Assembly (NCBI GenBank): GCA_963719495.1
Contig: CAVRCI010000002.1
Location: forward strand, 64,001-128,000
DNA: 64,000 bases
Direction: 5' to 3'
Origin: an uncultured Verrucomicrobiae bacterium
GTDB lineage: Bacteria; Verrucomicrobiota; Verrucomicrobiia; Chthoniobacterales; JAATET01
Numbering within the stretch: position 1 is the stretch's first letter; each line of letters opens with the position of its first letter. Of the stretch, positions 50,229 through 61,412 are shown in pieces. Below the pieces are notes generated by a model. It saw nothing but the letters and a program-made list of their open reading frames with translations, was not told the DNA's origin and searched no databases. The position numbers were made by a program, and so were the translations under genes.

Positions 50229-50510
50229 CTATTTGGCGATTCTGTTTGTTAGCGTAACTAACGCCTCAATGGCATGTAAATTCAGAAAGAACTTAGGTTC
50301 ATCTGGGCCCACACCTCGCTTTCGTATCAAAGTATCATCAAATGTCACCTGTTCTTTTGAATGGTGAAGATCTTGATATGCAGCCCAAGCATATGGATAC
50401 GCGCTATCGAAGAAGCCCTCGATATGTTCGTCTTGGCGAATTCTCTCTTTGGCTTGAGTGACCAGTTGGTGGAGTTGATCTAATATTAACGTGCGTAGGT
50501 GTGTATTCAT
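50229..50510 (-). CDS. Hypothetical protein
   Basis: Second ORF of two-gene cassette. Confidence 0.55.
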   Translation of the reverse strand: MNTHLRTLILDQLHQLVTQAKERIRQDEHIEGFFDSAYPYAWAAYQDLHHSKEQVTFDDTLIRKRGVGPDEPKFFLNLHAIEALVTLTNRIAK

Positions 50511-50530
50511 ATTTGATGATGTATGTTATG

Positions 50531-50758
50531 CTATTTCTGTTTGCTGTTGTGACGCGATCTCTGTCCAAGGATAATTCCAATGGTCGCACCTATCGCGATG
50601 AGGAAGACTTCAATCCCGAGCCCTTGAGTGAAAAGATAGCCAAGAAATACAAATGTTAGGCCGCCGACTGCCCAGGCTGATTTGCCGATGTTTTTCGAGA
50701 CAATGTAGCCGAGTGAACCCAAGAAAAATGCGAGAACGAGAGAATTTAGGAATAACAT
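50531..50758 (-). CDS. Small membrane protein
   Basis: Three hydrophobic segments, basic tail. Confidence 0.6.
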   Translation of the reverse strand: MLFLNSLVLAFFLGSLGYIVSKNIGKSAWAVGGLTFVFLGYLFTQGLGIEVFLIAIGATIGIILGQRSRHNSKQK

Positions 50759-50931
50759 ATTGTTGCAGCGGGCGCGTAGTGAAAGGGATCTGTGAGCGAA
50801 TTTATGAATAAAGCCGAACGTCAAGCTCAGCCACCCTGAGCGGGCAATCAAGCCAACCCTGAGGTGAGCTGCCAATAGCGGGTCCGCGCAACCCCCGCCG
50901 CGAAGCGGCTAGGGGTTGGCTGCAGCGCCTT

Positions 50932-51433
50932 GTTCGACGCGCATCTGTTCAAACTACGCATATCGTTACTTCCTCAAGCCAACCCCTCCGTATCTCTACC
51001 GAAGGCACTCCAATAATGAAGATCAAACCTTCGGAGAGGCTTCGCGATTGGAATCACTGAAATGCGATTGGAAGATTGTAGAGAGTAGAGCCTGAACTGG
51101 AGCGGGGGGCTTGGGACCAAGCTCACAAATATACGCCTGGAAGATTGTAGGGGGGTAGAGGCTGAATTGGAATAGAGAGGGGGCATTAAGCTCACAAATA
51201 GAAGCTCGGAACGATTGTTGGAACATCTGGTGACTTCCGAACGATTGGTCGAAAACCAAAATATTCTATCCGTTGAGAAACTGTGTTTGTTGCCTAGGCC
51301 CCGATTCTCCGTCCTACGCTGGTCGAAAAAATAGAACCCGACCGCTTGTAACAAGATGTGGTGTCCCCTGACGGCGTCCGAATATGTGAGAGCGAAATAT
51401 AGTCATCCGCCGGAGGCTCACAATGAGTCGAAC
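50932..51433 (-). other. ORF-less cassette family A
   Basis: Similar to 4400-4900. Confidence 0.8.
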
Positions 51434-51523
51434 GTCAAGCTCAGCCACCCTGAGCGGATAACCGAGCCAACCCCTAGGTGAGCTGCCAATAGCGGGACCG
51501 AGCAACCCCAGCCAGCGAAGCGG

Positions 51524-52042
51524 CTAGGGGTTGGCTGCAGCGCCTTGTTCGGCTGTATTCGAAGTTAGTAAAGACTTGCTCAATAAGTAGCGCTTCGCGG
51601 GTGCATCGCAAATAAAATGTTCCTGCTCTTCTGTAATGTGGAATCCCATCCCAACGAAAAACGGCATAGCTGTCGTGCTCGATTCGGTGTAGAGAAGTGA
51701 AATACGCTTGTCATTTGCTTCATGTTCGATTGCGATGTAAAGCAGCCGCCCAATTCCTTTCCTTGTCCAGCGGTGGTGAACGTAGAAGTAATCAATGTGG
51801 CCATCACGGTCGAGCTCCGCAAAACCGAGTATTGATTGCTGGTGGCGGACAACAAAAGGATTCTTCAGACGAATCCGATCGGCCCACTCATTTATATCTT
51901 TGTTTGATGGCGCCCAACGCTCGCATTGCGCTGGCGTGTAATCACGTCCGTTGACGATGTGAGTCGTGTCATAATATATTTTCCAAAGGATTGCCTCTTC
52001 TCCGGAAACATATCGATTAACGAGGTAAGTTGAATTGCTCAT
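51524..52042 (-). CDS. GNAT acetyltransferase (YafP-like), intact
   Basis: DY...Q...WA...GHID.FYVH.....KGIG..L...A.PFF...GF. Confidence 0.9.
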   Translation of the reverse strand: MSNSTYLVNRYVSGEEAILWKIYYDTTHIVNGRDYTPAQCERWAPSNKDINEWADRIRLKNPFVVRHQQSILGFAELDRDGHIDYFYVHHRWTRKGIGRLLYIAIEHEANDKRISLLYTESSTTAMPFFVGMGFHITEEQEHFICDAPAKRYLLSKSLLTSNTAEQGAAANP

Positions 52043-52180
52043 AGTGAAGCCGAACGTCAAGCTCAGCCACCCTGAGCGGGCAATCGAGCCAAACCCCAGG
52101 TGAGCTGCCAATAGCGGGACCGAGCAACCCCAGCCAGCGAAGCGGCTAGGGGTTGGCTGCAGCGCCTTGTTCGGCTGCAT

Positions 52181-52537
52181 TCATGGAAGTTCTACAGTTC
52201 GATTGACCAAATCCCAATTTGCGACAAGCTTCAGGCGAGCGGTGGTTTGATTCCATTGCATTTCATCTACCATAGATGCCAACTCAATTGGTGCCGTTCC
52301 GCAAGAAAGGCCTTCGCGAGTGAATACAGTCACATATCCAGACTTATCACCCGATGAACCAGGCATCATTGGAACGCTGAATTGCCATGCGGAACAGGTT
52401 ACGATTGCGAGAAACTCTCGATTGGGGCTTTGGTTGCGACGGCATTCGATCTGACGGAAGATGGTAAAGTAGCCTAAGAAACCTAATACAAGAACTATGG
52501 CGGTTCCGAGAATGATCAACTTCTGTCTGCGCTTCAT
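52181..52537 (-). CDS. Membrane-anchored hypothetical (duplicate of 38574-38930)
   Basis: Identical translation. Confidence 0.75.
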   Translation of the reverse strand: MKRRQKLIILGTAIVLVLGFLGYFTIFRQIECRRNQSPNREFLAIVTCSAWQFSVPMMPGSSGDKSGYVTVFTREGLSCGTAPIELASMVDEMQWNQTTARLKLVANWDLVNRTVELP

Positions 52538-52730
52538 GATCCAGCCCGGTCGAAAGGTGGTTTTCTCGTTCAGCAGGTTACTCGGGGTATTCATCCACCG
52601 GAGGTCGAGCCGAACGCCAAGCTCAGCCACCCCGAACGGGGATCCGAACTCTGAAGAAGGATGTAAACTGCCACCCGGAAGTCAGTGCAACAGCGGCCGG
52701 TGATCGGCTAGGGGTTGGCTGCAGCGCCCT

Positions 52731-53012
52731 GGTCGTCGGGACGGGTCGCAGCGGAAGTGGCAATCGATAGCGTCCGGCAGGAACAAGATAAGGAAGTTGG
52801 GAAGGGGGTGATTTGCTGCAAGAGGTCCGAGTCACTGATGGCATGCACATATCTCCTCGTGATGGCGAAAGCGTGGCAAAAAAGACAGACAAACGAGATT
52901 ACCAGCAAAGCAGAGGGACGCGGAACGATGAGGAGATGATGAGAACGATACTCGGACGAATAAGATCTGAAGGTCGTAAACCGGGCGTTCAAAACAGATA
53001 TATTAGGCGACC
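52731..53012 (-). other. Cassette family E
   Basis: GGT/ACC cores. Confidence 0.75.
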
Positions 53013-53099
53013 GTCAAGTTCAGCCACCCTGAACGGGTGATGAACAATGACAGATAATCAACTGCCCGTGGTGGGTGGCGCAACCCAGCCGCGCAGCGG

Positions 53100-53537
53100 C
53101 TAAGGGTTGGCTGCAGCGCCTTGTTCGGCTGTATTATCGCTCTTCTTCGAAAGCCGTTCCTTCAGATCAGTTCTTTCACGAATAAAATAGTCGATCTTGT
53201 TCCCGAGAGTCATAAGTGTGTCCTCATTTGAATCTTCACTAGAACGTGCTCGAGCAGATAGATAATCAATGGTCACATCGATCATGTCAGTCTCTACGGA
53301 TGAGATTGACTGGTTGATTTTGGCGGCGGCGTCTTGCTTGCCCTCAGATAATAGAACCGCTCTTTTCACGAGCAAATCTTTGTAGGCCTCCGAGAGAGCT
53401 ACAATCTTGGAATTTTTAATTTGAAGAAGTAGCTGATTGTCAGTGGGAATCGATCGACTGGGGAGTTCATCAGCGTGCACCATCGATGAGGTCGCGATCA
53501 CGGTCGAGAGAAGGAGGTAGGAAAGGCTGAGTTTCAT
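53100..53537 (-). CDS. Secreted helical hypothetical protein
   Basis: Signal peptide VHA/D. Confidence 0.72.
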   Translation of the reverse strand: MKLSLSYLLLSTVIATSSMVHADELPSRSIPTDNQLLLQIKNSKIVALSEAYKDLLVKRAVLLSEGKQDAAAKINQSISSVETDMIDVTIDYLSARARSSEDSNEDTLMTLGNKIDYFIRERTDLKERLSKKSDNTAEQGAAANP

Positions 53538-53736
53538 TGTTGCTAATTGGAATTTAAGGTTTGAGTGAGCTTTGGCTTTGTTGAGGAGCGCGATCTCGAT
53601 CCACTTTTTCAGAGCCGAACGTCAAGCTCAGCCACCCTGAGCGGGGCAACGAACGTCTAGGCAAGGTGTTTGCTGGAAGGGGGATCGGTCGGCCAAGGCT
53701 TGCCTCAGGCCGGCTAGGGGTTGGCTGCAGCGCCTT

Positions 53737-54086
53737 GTTCGTCGGAAACGGTGACTGCACAATGGAGGACCTGAGCGTCCGACAGGCTGACGATGATCAA
53801 ATCCAGCAAGCGGCTTCGTTAGAGCATTCAGTCGAAGAGGCCTCTGTGGTCCAGATTGACGACGCATTATAACTATATTGCTCGTGACACGAGAAGGGCG
53901 GAACGGATTCTGGATTGGTCTACTCTTGCCGCGTGAGCGCCCCAAGCGTGCATGGCAGGCGAAAAACCCTTGGCGTCGAATCGGGAGTGATCAATGGAAA
54001 GCCAGAATCGTGCTCAATCGTATGCCGAAGGGAATCGAGCAACTCTAAACTTTCCCTTGATTTTAACCCCAATAAATCAGGCGAAC
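53737..54086 (-). other. ORF-less cassette family C, copy 7
   Basis: Similar to 3320-3669. Confidence 0.85.
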
Positions 54087-54176
54087 GTCAAGCTCAGCCA
54101 CCCTGAGCGGGCAATCAAGCCAACCCCACGGCGAGCTGCCAATAGCGGGACCGAGCAACCCCAGCCAGCGAAGCGG

Positions 54177-54653
54177 CTAGGGGTTGGCTGCAGCGGCTTG
54201 TTCGGCTGTATTGATGCTCAATATCCGGTCGGCTTCAGTCCTCGAAATACCTCTCAGGAGCCCTATCTTCAAACCGTCCGCCTCAAGCGAAATATACCAA
54301 GCCTCTTCTCTCGTGGCGGTTATCCGATAGATCATTTGAGGCATGTGCTCCTGTGTTGTCCCATGCCAAAACAGAAGTGCGTCGTCGCATCGTCGATCTA
54401 GATACAGATTCAGGTTCTGTTCGCTTGTTCGGAGGCCATGAAGCAGGCTTTCAGGATTGACTGGCTTATACCCATTGCCAGATTTAATAAAATGATCTTC
54501 GGAAAGAATGCGGTTTGGATGGAATGGGGGGACGGTAAGTTGCAGTTTTCTGACGGCTACGGCGCCCATGAGCTTACCTGAAAAGTTTAGCCACTTCGCA
54601 TCGAACCATCCGTCGATACATATCCGAACGCAAAATACCTGGCTGATACGCAT
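54177..54653 (-). CDS. Hypothetical protein
   Basis: IDGWFD.KWL.FSG...VPPFHPNRI; start uncertain. Confidence 0.65.
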   Translation of the reverse strand: MRISQVFCVRICIDGWFDAKWLNFSGKLMGAVAVRKLQLTVPPFHPNRILSEDHFIKSGNGYKPVNPESLLHGLRTSEQNLNLYLDRRCDDALLFWHGTTQEHMPQMIYRITATREEAWYISLEADGLKIGLLRGISRTEADRILSINTAEQAAAANP

Positions 54654-54819
54654 CGGAGAGGCGCCGAAAGATGTGATTGGGTGAATGCATTTTATTCGAG
54701 CCGAACGTCAAGCTCAGCCACCCTGAACGGGTGATGAGGAACGACTGGTGATCAACTGCCGATGGCGGGTGGCACAACCCCAGCCAGCGGATTGGCTAGG
54801 GGTTGGCTGCAGCGCCTTG

Positions 54820-55710
54820 TTAGGGCTTATTGCCTTCTTCGGGAAGTTCGAGTTGAGAGTATCGAATCTTTTCTTTGACGTCGTAAACTTTAAGGACTTG
54901 ATAGCGATAACCGACGATTTCTCCTTCGGCAGTCTTGAGCAGTGTAATCTCGAGCAGTGCATCAATGGCGTCCCCAGATTTCAGCTCAATCGTGCGCTCA
55001 TGGAAATCTCGTAGCCATTCAGAATCTAGGATCTTTGCTCTGATCACTCTTCCCTGCATATAAAGATCCCATTGGGAATCACCGATCAAATCGGGTTTCT
55101 TGACAGGTAGGATAACGCGCGTCGGTTTGCTGACTGGGATGAGTTCGAGAAGCTCTTCTTCTAGCGAAGGAGAGATGCTGATCTCTTTCGAAATTGTTCG
55201 TCGAATACTTTCTGACGTGTAGATCGCCGAATCTTCTCGTATGAGCAAACGCGTAGATCGCTCGAAGGATTGTAGCGTCGCTAGAATACGATGAAGCGGA
55301 ACTGGGGCGGGGTGGGGGAGAAGCTGCGTAGGTGCCTTAGATGCAATCTCCAGCATTGCTCGTTGATAGTCTTCAAGTTGCTGCCGAGTCGTGATAGTCG
55401 GCTCCTCTTCGAGGTGCTTCAACAAGAAGTCTCTGCCGTCGTCGAGCATGCGTCCCAAGACCTTCTTCCAGTCTCCGTCGCGAAGTGCCTCCTTGTTTGG
55501 GGTATTCAAAATCCATCGGAATATGGCTTTAAGTGAACCTTTCTCAATATCGTGAAGAAGGGTTGTGGATGCTAATGGAAGATCAATTGAATCAAGGAGT
55601 TCGTTGTCAAAACGATCGAACGAGTCGATCAATCCAGCCATTGAGTGAAACACTCTTGCTGGATTTGGCGTGTCTGGAACGAAATCAATAGTTATGTCGT
55701 ATTGTTGCAT
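54820..55710 (-). CDS. Hypothetical protein (296 aa)
   Basis: Fills cassette; IEKGSLK, KKPDLIG..QW, I.D.EWL..F motifs. Confidence 0.8.
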   Translation of the reverse strand: MQQYDITIDFVPDTPNPARVFHSMAGLIDSFDRFDNELLDSIDLPLASTTLLHDIEKGSLKAIFRWILNTPNKEALRDGDWKKVLGRMLDDGRDFLLKHLEEEPTITTRQQLEDYQRAMLEIASKAPTQLLPHPAPVPLHRILATLQSFERSTRLLIREDSAIYTSESIRRTISKEISISPSLEEELLELIPVSKPTRVILPVKKPDLIGDSQWDLYMQGRVIRAKILDSEWLRDFHERTIELKSGDAIDALLEITLLKTAEGEIVGYRYQVLKVYDVKEKIRYSQLELPEEGNKP

Positions 55711-55852
55711 AATTGTATGGCCCTAACGTCAAGCTCAGCCACCCTGAGCGAATGACCGAGCCAACCCCGAGGTGAGCTGCCAATGGCGGCACCGAGCAAC
55801 CCCAGCCAGCGAAGCGGCTAGGGGTTGGCTGCAGCGCCTTGTTAGCTAGCAT

Positions 55853-56344
55853 TTATTTTTCTGAGATAAAAGCTTTGTAAACTTCAGAAGTTTCCTCAGG
55901 ACTAAGAATTGTTATAACTCCGGCATCGGAAATCTGATATACGTATTTTATCGAAGCCGAATTTCTGAGTAAACCAAAATACAGAATAATGTAGGAGTCT
56001 TTCGATATCTTCGGTAGGAAGGCCTCCAGAATGTAGATGTTGACCTCTTCTGAAGCAGTAATGTAGTCGTGTGAAATTTGTCGAACATTTGAAGTAACTA
56101 TTGATGATAGTATTATCTGACCATCGTAAAAAATACTCCATTGGCTGTAGTCGATCGGACTCTTCGATTCTTTCTCCGGAGTCCATGACCTTAAAAGAAT
56201 ATGTCCGTCTTTAATGATTGTTTCAACAGTAGCAGATTTACCATTTATTATAATGGTAGAGTTCGTGTTCTCAAAGGCAGAAAGCGAATGAGGAAGTAAC
56301 AAGAATGCTAAAATTGCTTGGATGATTGCGTGTTTCATATTCAT
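55853..56344 (-). CDS. Hypothetical secreted protein
   Basis: Signal peptide; AT-rich. Confidence 0.7.
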   Translation of the reverse strand: MNMKHAIIQAILAFLLLPHSLSAFENTNSTIIINGKSATVETIIKDGHILLRSWTPEKESKSPIDYSQWSIFYDGQIILSSIVTSNVRQISHDYITASEEVNIYILEAFLPKISKDSYIILYFGLLRNSASIKYVYQISDAGVITILSPEETSEVYKAFISEK

Positions 56345-56466
56345 AATAGCTAACGTCAAGCTCAGCCACCCTGAGCGGGCAATCGAGCCAACCCTGAGGT
56401 GAACTGCCAGTAGAGGGTCCGCGCAATCCCAGCCGCGAAGCGGCTAGGGGTTGGCTGCAGCGCCTT

Positions 56467-56848
56467 GTTCGGCTCTAACCGCACAAGCTACGAAGGGTGT
56501 TGCAATCACGATGCCAACCCCTCCTTGAATTTGACCGTATGCATTTTACTATTGGCCGTTCGGATAAGGGGGAATGCCGTAAACTAGATGAAACTGAGCA
56601 GCGTGTGGAATGAGATAAGACTGGAACCGCAGTCAAAAAGTGGGACCTGAGAATGACCAAAAGATTTCGCTTTCGCTTCGCGAAAGAATGCGGATGAAGG
56701 ACTGATGGTGGAATTTCGGTGATCCGTCGCCGATGGTTCATCTTCGGAGCACTGCTGGGCAACATCATATTTTATAGCTCCGTCAAGCGGTGTTGGGAGC
56801 GATCAACAAGTTGCTCAGACGATATCATCCGCCGGAGGCAAGCCGAAC
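56467..56848 (-). other. ORF-less cassette family F
   Basis: Homologous to 39121-39500. Confidence 0.75.
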
Positions 56849-56963
56849 GTCAAGCTCAGCCACCCTGAGCGGGGCGACGAAAGTCTAGGAAAGGTGTTTG
56901 CGGGAAGGGGATCGGTCGGCCAAGGCTTGCCTCGGGCCGGCTAGGGGTTGGCTGCAGCGCCTT

Positions 56964-57314
56964 GTTCGTCGGAAGAGGTGACTGCACAATGGAGGACTTG
57001 ATCGTCCGACAGGCCGACGATGGGTCAAACCCAGCAAGCGGCTTCGTTAGAGCATTCAGTAGAAGAGGCTTCTGTGGTCCAGATTGACTACGCATTATAA
57101 ATATATTGCTCGTGACAAGAGCAGGCCGGAACGGATTCTGGATGGATCTACTCATGCCGCGTGAGCGCCCCAAGCGTGCATGGCAGGCGAATAATCGTTG
57201 GCGTCGAATCGGGAGTGATCAATAAAAAACCAGAATCGTGCTCAATCGTATGACGAAGGGAACCGAACAACTCTGAACCTTCCCTTGATCTCAACCCCAA
57301 TAAATCAGGCGAAC
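56964..57314 (-). other. ORF-less cassette family C, copy 8
   Basis: Similar to 3320-3669, +1 nt. Confidence 0.85.
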
Positions 57315-57440
57315 GTCAAGCTCAGCCACCCTGAGCGGGTGATCGAGAAAACTTTGAGATGAACTGCCGGAAGCGGGACCGAGCAACCCCAGCCAGCGAA
57401 GCGGCTAGGGGTTGGCTGCAGCGCCTTGTTCGGCTGTATT

Positions 57441-57836
57441 TCATTCGAGGTGTGCGATGGTCCTCGAAAATTCGGGAAGTCCCAATTTGACAGAGACGAC
57501 AGAAAACTCGTGATCGGTGAGTGGTCCAACTACTGAATCTTCTGGGTTTGCATAGACGCAATCTTTGGATGTGTCTAAGTAGAAGAAATTTGTAACCGCG
57601 CGATTGTTGTTAGGATGCTGCTTTGCAACGATGTATTTTTGATTGTATCCGATGGAAAAGACCGTTTCAGGTATCCTTCCGATTGCTGAACCATCACCCG
57701 AGTCGTAGGAAACGTTCATCTGTGAATCTGTATCAACGGCGATCAATCGATATGGTCCGACGATCTCTTCATCATGCACGAACCCGCAGCCGACAAAGCA
57801 GAATGCCGTAATAAAATAGAGCGAAAGTCGAATCAT
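57441..57836 (-). CDS. Lipoprotein (DUF3997-like)
   Basis: FVGC lipobox; IP..V..IGYN..YIVAKQ...VVGPLT..EF. Confidence 0.72.
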   Translation of the reverse strand: MIRLSLYFITAFCFVGCGFVHDEEIVGPYRLIAVDTDSQMNVSYDSGDGSAIGRIPETVFSIGYNQKYIVAKQHPNNNRAVTNFFYLDTSKDCVYANPEDSVVGPLTDHEFSVVSVKLGLPEFSRTIAHLE

Positions 57837-58046
57837 TGGTATTTAGAGGACTCCGGTGACCGATAGCAGAAGAAGTGGCAATATTCTCATATTGCTCAGG
57901 AATATTTCATCCACCGGAGGTCGAGCCGAACGTCAAGCTCAGCCACCCTGAGCGGGGCAACGAACGTCTAGGCAAGGTGTTTGCGGGAAGGGGATCGTTC
58001 GGCCAAGGCTTGCCTCAAGCCGGCTAGGGGTTGGCTGCAGCGCCTT

Positions 58047-58396
58047 GTTCGTCGGAAGAGGTGACTGCACGATGGAGGACCCGATCGTCCGACAGGCCGA
58101 CGATGGTCAAACCCAGCAAGCGGCTTCGTTAGAGCATTCAGTAGAAGAGGCTTCTGTGGTCCAGATTGACTACGCATTATAAATATATTGCTCGTGACAA
58201 GAGCAGGCCGGAACGGATTCTGGATGGATCTACTCATGCCGCGTGAGCGCCCCAAGCGTGCATGGCAGGCGAATAATTCTTGGGGTCGAATCGGGAGTGA
58301 TCAATGAAAAACCAGAATCGTGCTCAATCGTATGCCGAAGGGAATCGAGCAACTCTGAACTTTCCCTTGATCTTAACTCCAATAAATCAGGCGAAC
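58047..58396 (-). other. ORF-less cassette family C, copy 9
   Basis: Similar to 3320-3669. Confidence 0.85.
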
Positions 58397-58509
58397 GTCA
58401 AGCTCAGCCACCCTGAGCGGGCATTCAAGCCAACCCTGAGGTGAGCTGCCGATAGCGGGACCGAGCAACCCCAGCCAGCGAAGCGGCTAGGGGTTGGCTG
58501 CAGCGCCTT

Positions 58510-58792
58510 GTTCGGATCCGCCCGTTCGTGGTCCCGTCGGATCTACAATTTGCAGCCTTGCTCGTCGCCATGCCGATTGATAATCGAGCCATACCAGCGA
58601 GTCAGACCGATGCGCTTCGCTACGAAAATTGACGTCGAATGGAATGCGCAAAAATACCTTGGTTTTGGCTTTCAGATACACAAATTCACCTCATTGTGGA
58701 CCCCTTCCGAATACGCCAATTTTATACAAAGCAAATTACGAACGAGCTTGCTTGCAGTTTGGGCTTCGAAGACCAGGGGCATAGGTCCGAAC
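58510..58792 (-). other. Cassette family D, copy 4
   Basis: Similar to 8525-8806. Confidence 0.7.
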
Positions 58793-58882
58793 GCCAAGCT
58801 CAGCCACCCTGAGCGGGTGACCGAGCCAACCCTGAGGTGAGCTGCCAGTAGCGGGACCGAGCAACCCCAGCCAGCGAAGCGG

Positions 58883-59398
58883 CTAGGGGTTGGCTGCAGC
58901 GCCTTGTTCGGCTGTATCTTTTATCGGCGCGGGCTCGATCTGAGAAAAAACATAAACAATCTTTCCGTCATTAATGACAGGTGCGGCGATGATATATCGA
59001 TTGTATTTGCCAAAGTGATTGATCGAAAATGCGGCATTAATTGCAGCTACTTGCTTTGGAGCTATTGCAATTGGTTGGTGCGACAATCGCGATGGAATCT
59101 GAAGAGTGATTTCATGTAATGCGTCTGTCTCATCGACTCCGTAAAGTCGAAATCCTCGATTTGGAATCGTTCGAAAATCTATTGTTCCTCTGGGATGCGA
59201 GATTGTCTTAAAATATACTGTTGCCGTCACAAAATCAGAATTCACTGATTGAAAATTGAGTGACACGTTGAATGAATGATCTGGAGGTCCCCACGTTAAA
59301 TGGGTCGGTTCCACATCGAGAATATAGTAGGGCTTATTTAGCGCGCTGGCGGCCGTTAAGAGGCACAAAGAGCAAAAGACTGAAATAGGTAGACGCAT
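58883..59398 (-). CDS. Hypothetical secreted protein
   Basis: Signal peptide ASA; fills cassette. Confidence 0.7.
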   Translation of the reverse strand: MRLPISVFCSLCLLTAASALNKPYYILDVEPTHLTWGPPDHSFNVSLNFQSVNSDFVTATVYFKTISHPRGTIDFRTIPNRGFRLYGVDETDALHEITLQIPSRLSHQPIAIAPKQVAAINAAFSINHFGKYNRYIIAAPVINDGKIVYVFSQIEPAPIKDTAEQGAAANP

Positions 59399-59544
59399 TT
59401 TTAAATGAGCCGAACGTCAAGCTCAGCCACCCTGAGCGGGCGACCGAGCCGACCCTGAGGTAAGCTGCCAGTAGCGGGACCGAGCAACCCCAGCCAGCGA
59501 AGCGGCTAGGGGTTGGCTGCAGCGCCTTGTTCGGTCGTATGATC

Positions 59545-59919
59545 TCACTTGATGGGCTCGCCGACGAATACCAAGCAATCGTTCGGATCACCAATGTGAA
59601 ACTCTGTCATGCCGTAATCGCGGTCATGTAGATCTCTTACCTTGTATTGGTCTCGGAAAGTTGAAACGTGCTCCCACAAATGATGAATGTCTACAACCTG
59701 AATATAAATCTCAGTGTGCCCTCGAACCGCATCCAATACTGACGAATCGGCTGCCTTCATCAGGTGGATTGAATGGGTATCTCGTTCAATAATCGAGTAG
59801 TCGGCTGATTTCATTGTGACCGTGAAACCGAGGATGTCGGTATAGAATGAAATAGATTGATCCATGTCGGCAACTGCGAGCATGGGGCTAATTCCTGTGA
59901 CCTTGAATTCAATATTCAT
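59545..59919 (-). CDS. VOC/glyoxalase/bleomycin-resistance family protein
   Basis: P.L.V.DM..SI.FY..ILGF...YGM.EF...DP. Confidence 0.9.
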   Translation of the reverse strand: MNIEFKVTGISPMLAVADMDQSISFYTDILGFTVTMKSADYSIIERDTHSIHLMKAADSSVLDAVRGHTEIYIQVVDIHHLWEHVSTFRDQYKVRDLHDRDYGMTEFHIGDPNDCLVFVGEPIK

Positions 59920-60096
59920 TTTGAGAACAGTTTAGTAACTGAGTATTGGAAGATTTTACGCGAATGAATTATGAATTTCATCCGCCGGAGGCTTCATGGA
60001 CCGAACGTCAAGCTCAGCCACCCTGAGCGGGCAAACAAGCCAACCCTGAGGTGAGCTGCCAATAGCGGGTCCGAGCAACCCCAGCCAGCGAAGCGG

Positions 60097-60657
60097 CTAG
60101 GGGTTGGCTGCAGCGCCTTGTTCGGCTGTATTGCGTTTCGAAGTAGTTTCTGGTTGAGCAAGTAGTGGCTCCAAGACAACTCTGAGATCATCAGGGTTGT
60201 AATGCTTGCTCTGGCGAATGTGTCTAATCGGAATCTGAGCGCCAGTCATGATCTCGTCGACTAATATATCTCGTTGCTGTCGGGATCTGAGTCTGTGGCT
60301 AGAATCGTCAAGTTCAATAACGGCGATGATGTCATAGGTGAGGCGATTACATATGACAAAATCCACGTGTTTCGAGGATATCTTGTTGAATGCTCGTATA
60401 TATTCTTTGTTTTTGTGTATTTTCGCTGGTTCCACAATGTCAGCGAGTCTGACCTTCCCTGTCACGGTGAAAGTCCGGGGAATCACTTGTCGAAGAACCT
60501 CAAGAAATTGCAGCTCAGGGGCTGTGTATAGGGACTGTCGAGAGACGTATCTGAAAGACGTTGATTGCGACCGAGCTGTATTGAGAGCCTTGGAAACAAA
60601 CTGAAGAATCAGTAGGATTGCAACGAGAGCGACAGTCCATGGAAGTATTTCACTCAT
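60097..60657 (-). CDS. DUF2726 domain protein
   Basis: KVRLADIV...KHVDFVIC...IELDDSSH...RD. Confidence 0.88.
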   Translation of the reverse strand: MSEILPWTVALVAILLILQFVSKALNTARSQSTSFRYVSRQSLYTAPELQFLEVLRQVIPRTFTVTGKVRLADIVEPAKIHKNKEYIRAFNKISSKHVDFVICNRLTYDIIAVIELDDSSHRLRSRQQRDILVDEIMTGAQIPIRHIRQSKHYNPDDLRVVLEPLLAQPETTSKRNTAEQGAAANP

Positions 60658-60786
60658 TGTATGAAAGCCGAACGTCAAGCTCAGCCACCCTGAGCGGGCA
60701 ATCAAGCCAACCCTGAGGTGAGCTGCCAATAGCGGGAACGAGCAAGCCCAGCCAGCGAAGCGGCTAGGGGTTGGCTGCAGCGCCTT

Positions 60787-61287
60787 GTTCGACGCGCATC
60801 TGTTCAATCTACGCATATCGTGACTTCCTCAAGCCAACCCCTCCGTATCTCTACCGAAGGCACTCCAATAATGAAGATCAAACCTTCGAAGAGGCTTCGT
60901 GATTGGAATCACTGAAATGCGATTGGAAGATTGTAGAGAGTAAAGGCTGAACTGGAGCGGGAGGCTTGGGATCAAGCTCACAAATATACGTCTGGAAGTT
61001 TGTAGGGGGTAGAGGCTTAATTGGAATAGAGAGGGGGCATCAAGCTCACAAATAGAAGCTTAAAACGATTGTTGGGACATCTGGTGACTTCCGAACGATT
61101 GGTCGAAAATCAAAATATTCTATCCGTTGAGAAACTGTGTTTGTTGCCTAGGCCCCGATCCTCCGTCCTACGCTAGTCAAAAAAATAGAACCCGACCGCT
61201 TGAAACAAGATGTGGTGTTCCCTGACGGCGTCCGAATATGTAAGAGCGAAATATAGTCATCCGCCGGAGGCTCACAATGAGTCGAAC
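60787..61287 (-). other. ORF-less cassette family A
   Basis: Similar to 4400-4900. Confidence 0.8.
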
Positions 61288-61412
61288 GTCAAGCTCAGCC
61301 ACCCTGAGCGGGCAACCAAGCCAACCCCACGGTGAGCTGCCGGAAGCGGGACCGAGCAACCCCAGCCAGCGAAGCGGCTAGGGGTTGGCTGCAGCGCCTT
61401 GTTCGGCCCTCA

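Noticed and set aside
59545..59919. Calling the VOC and GNAT cassettes antibiotic resistance genes
   Set aside because: Only superfamily-level motifs are visible; substrates cannot be inferred.
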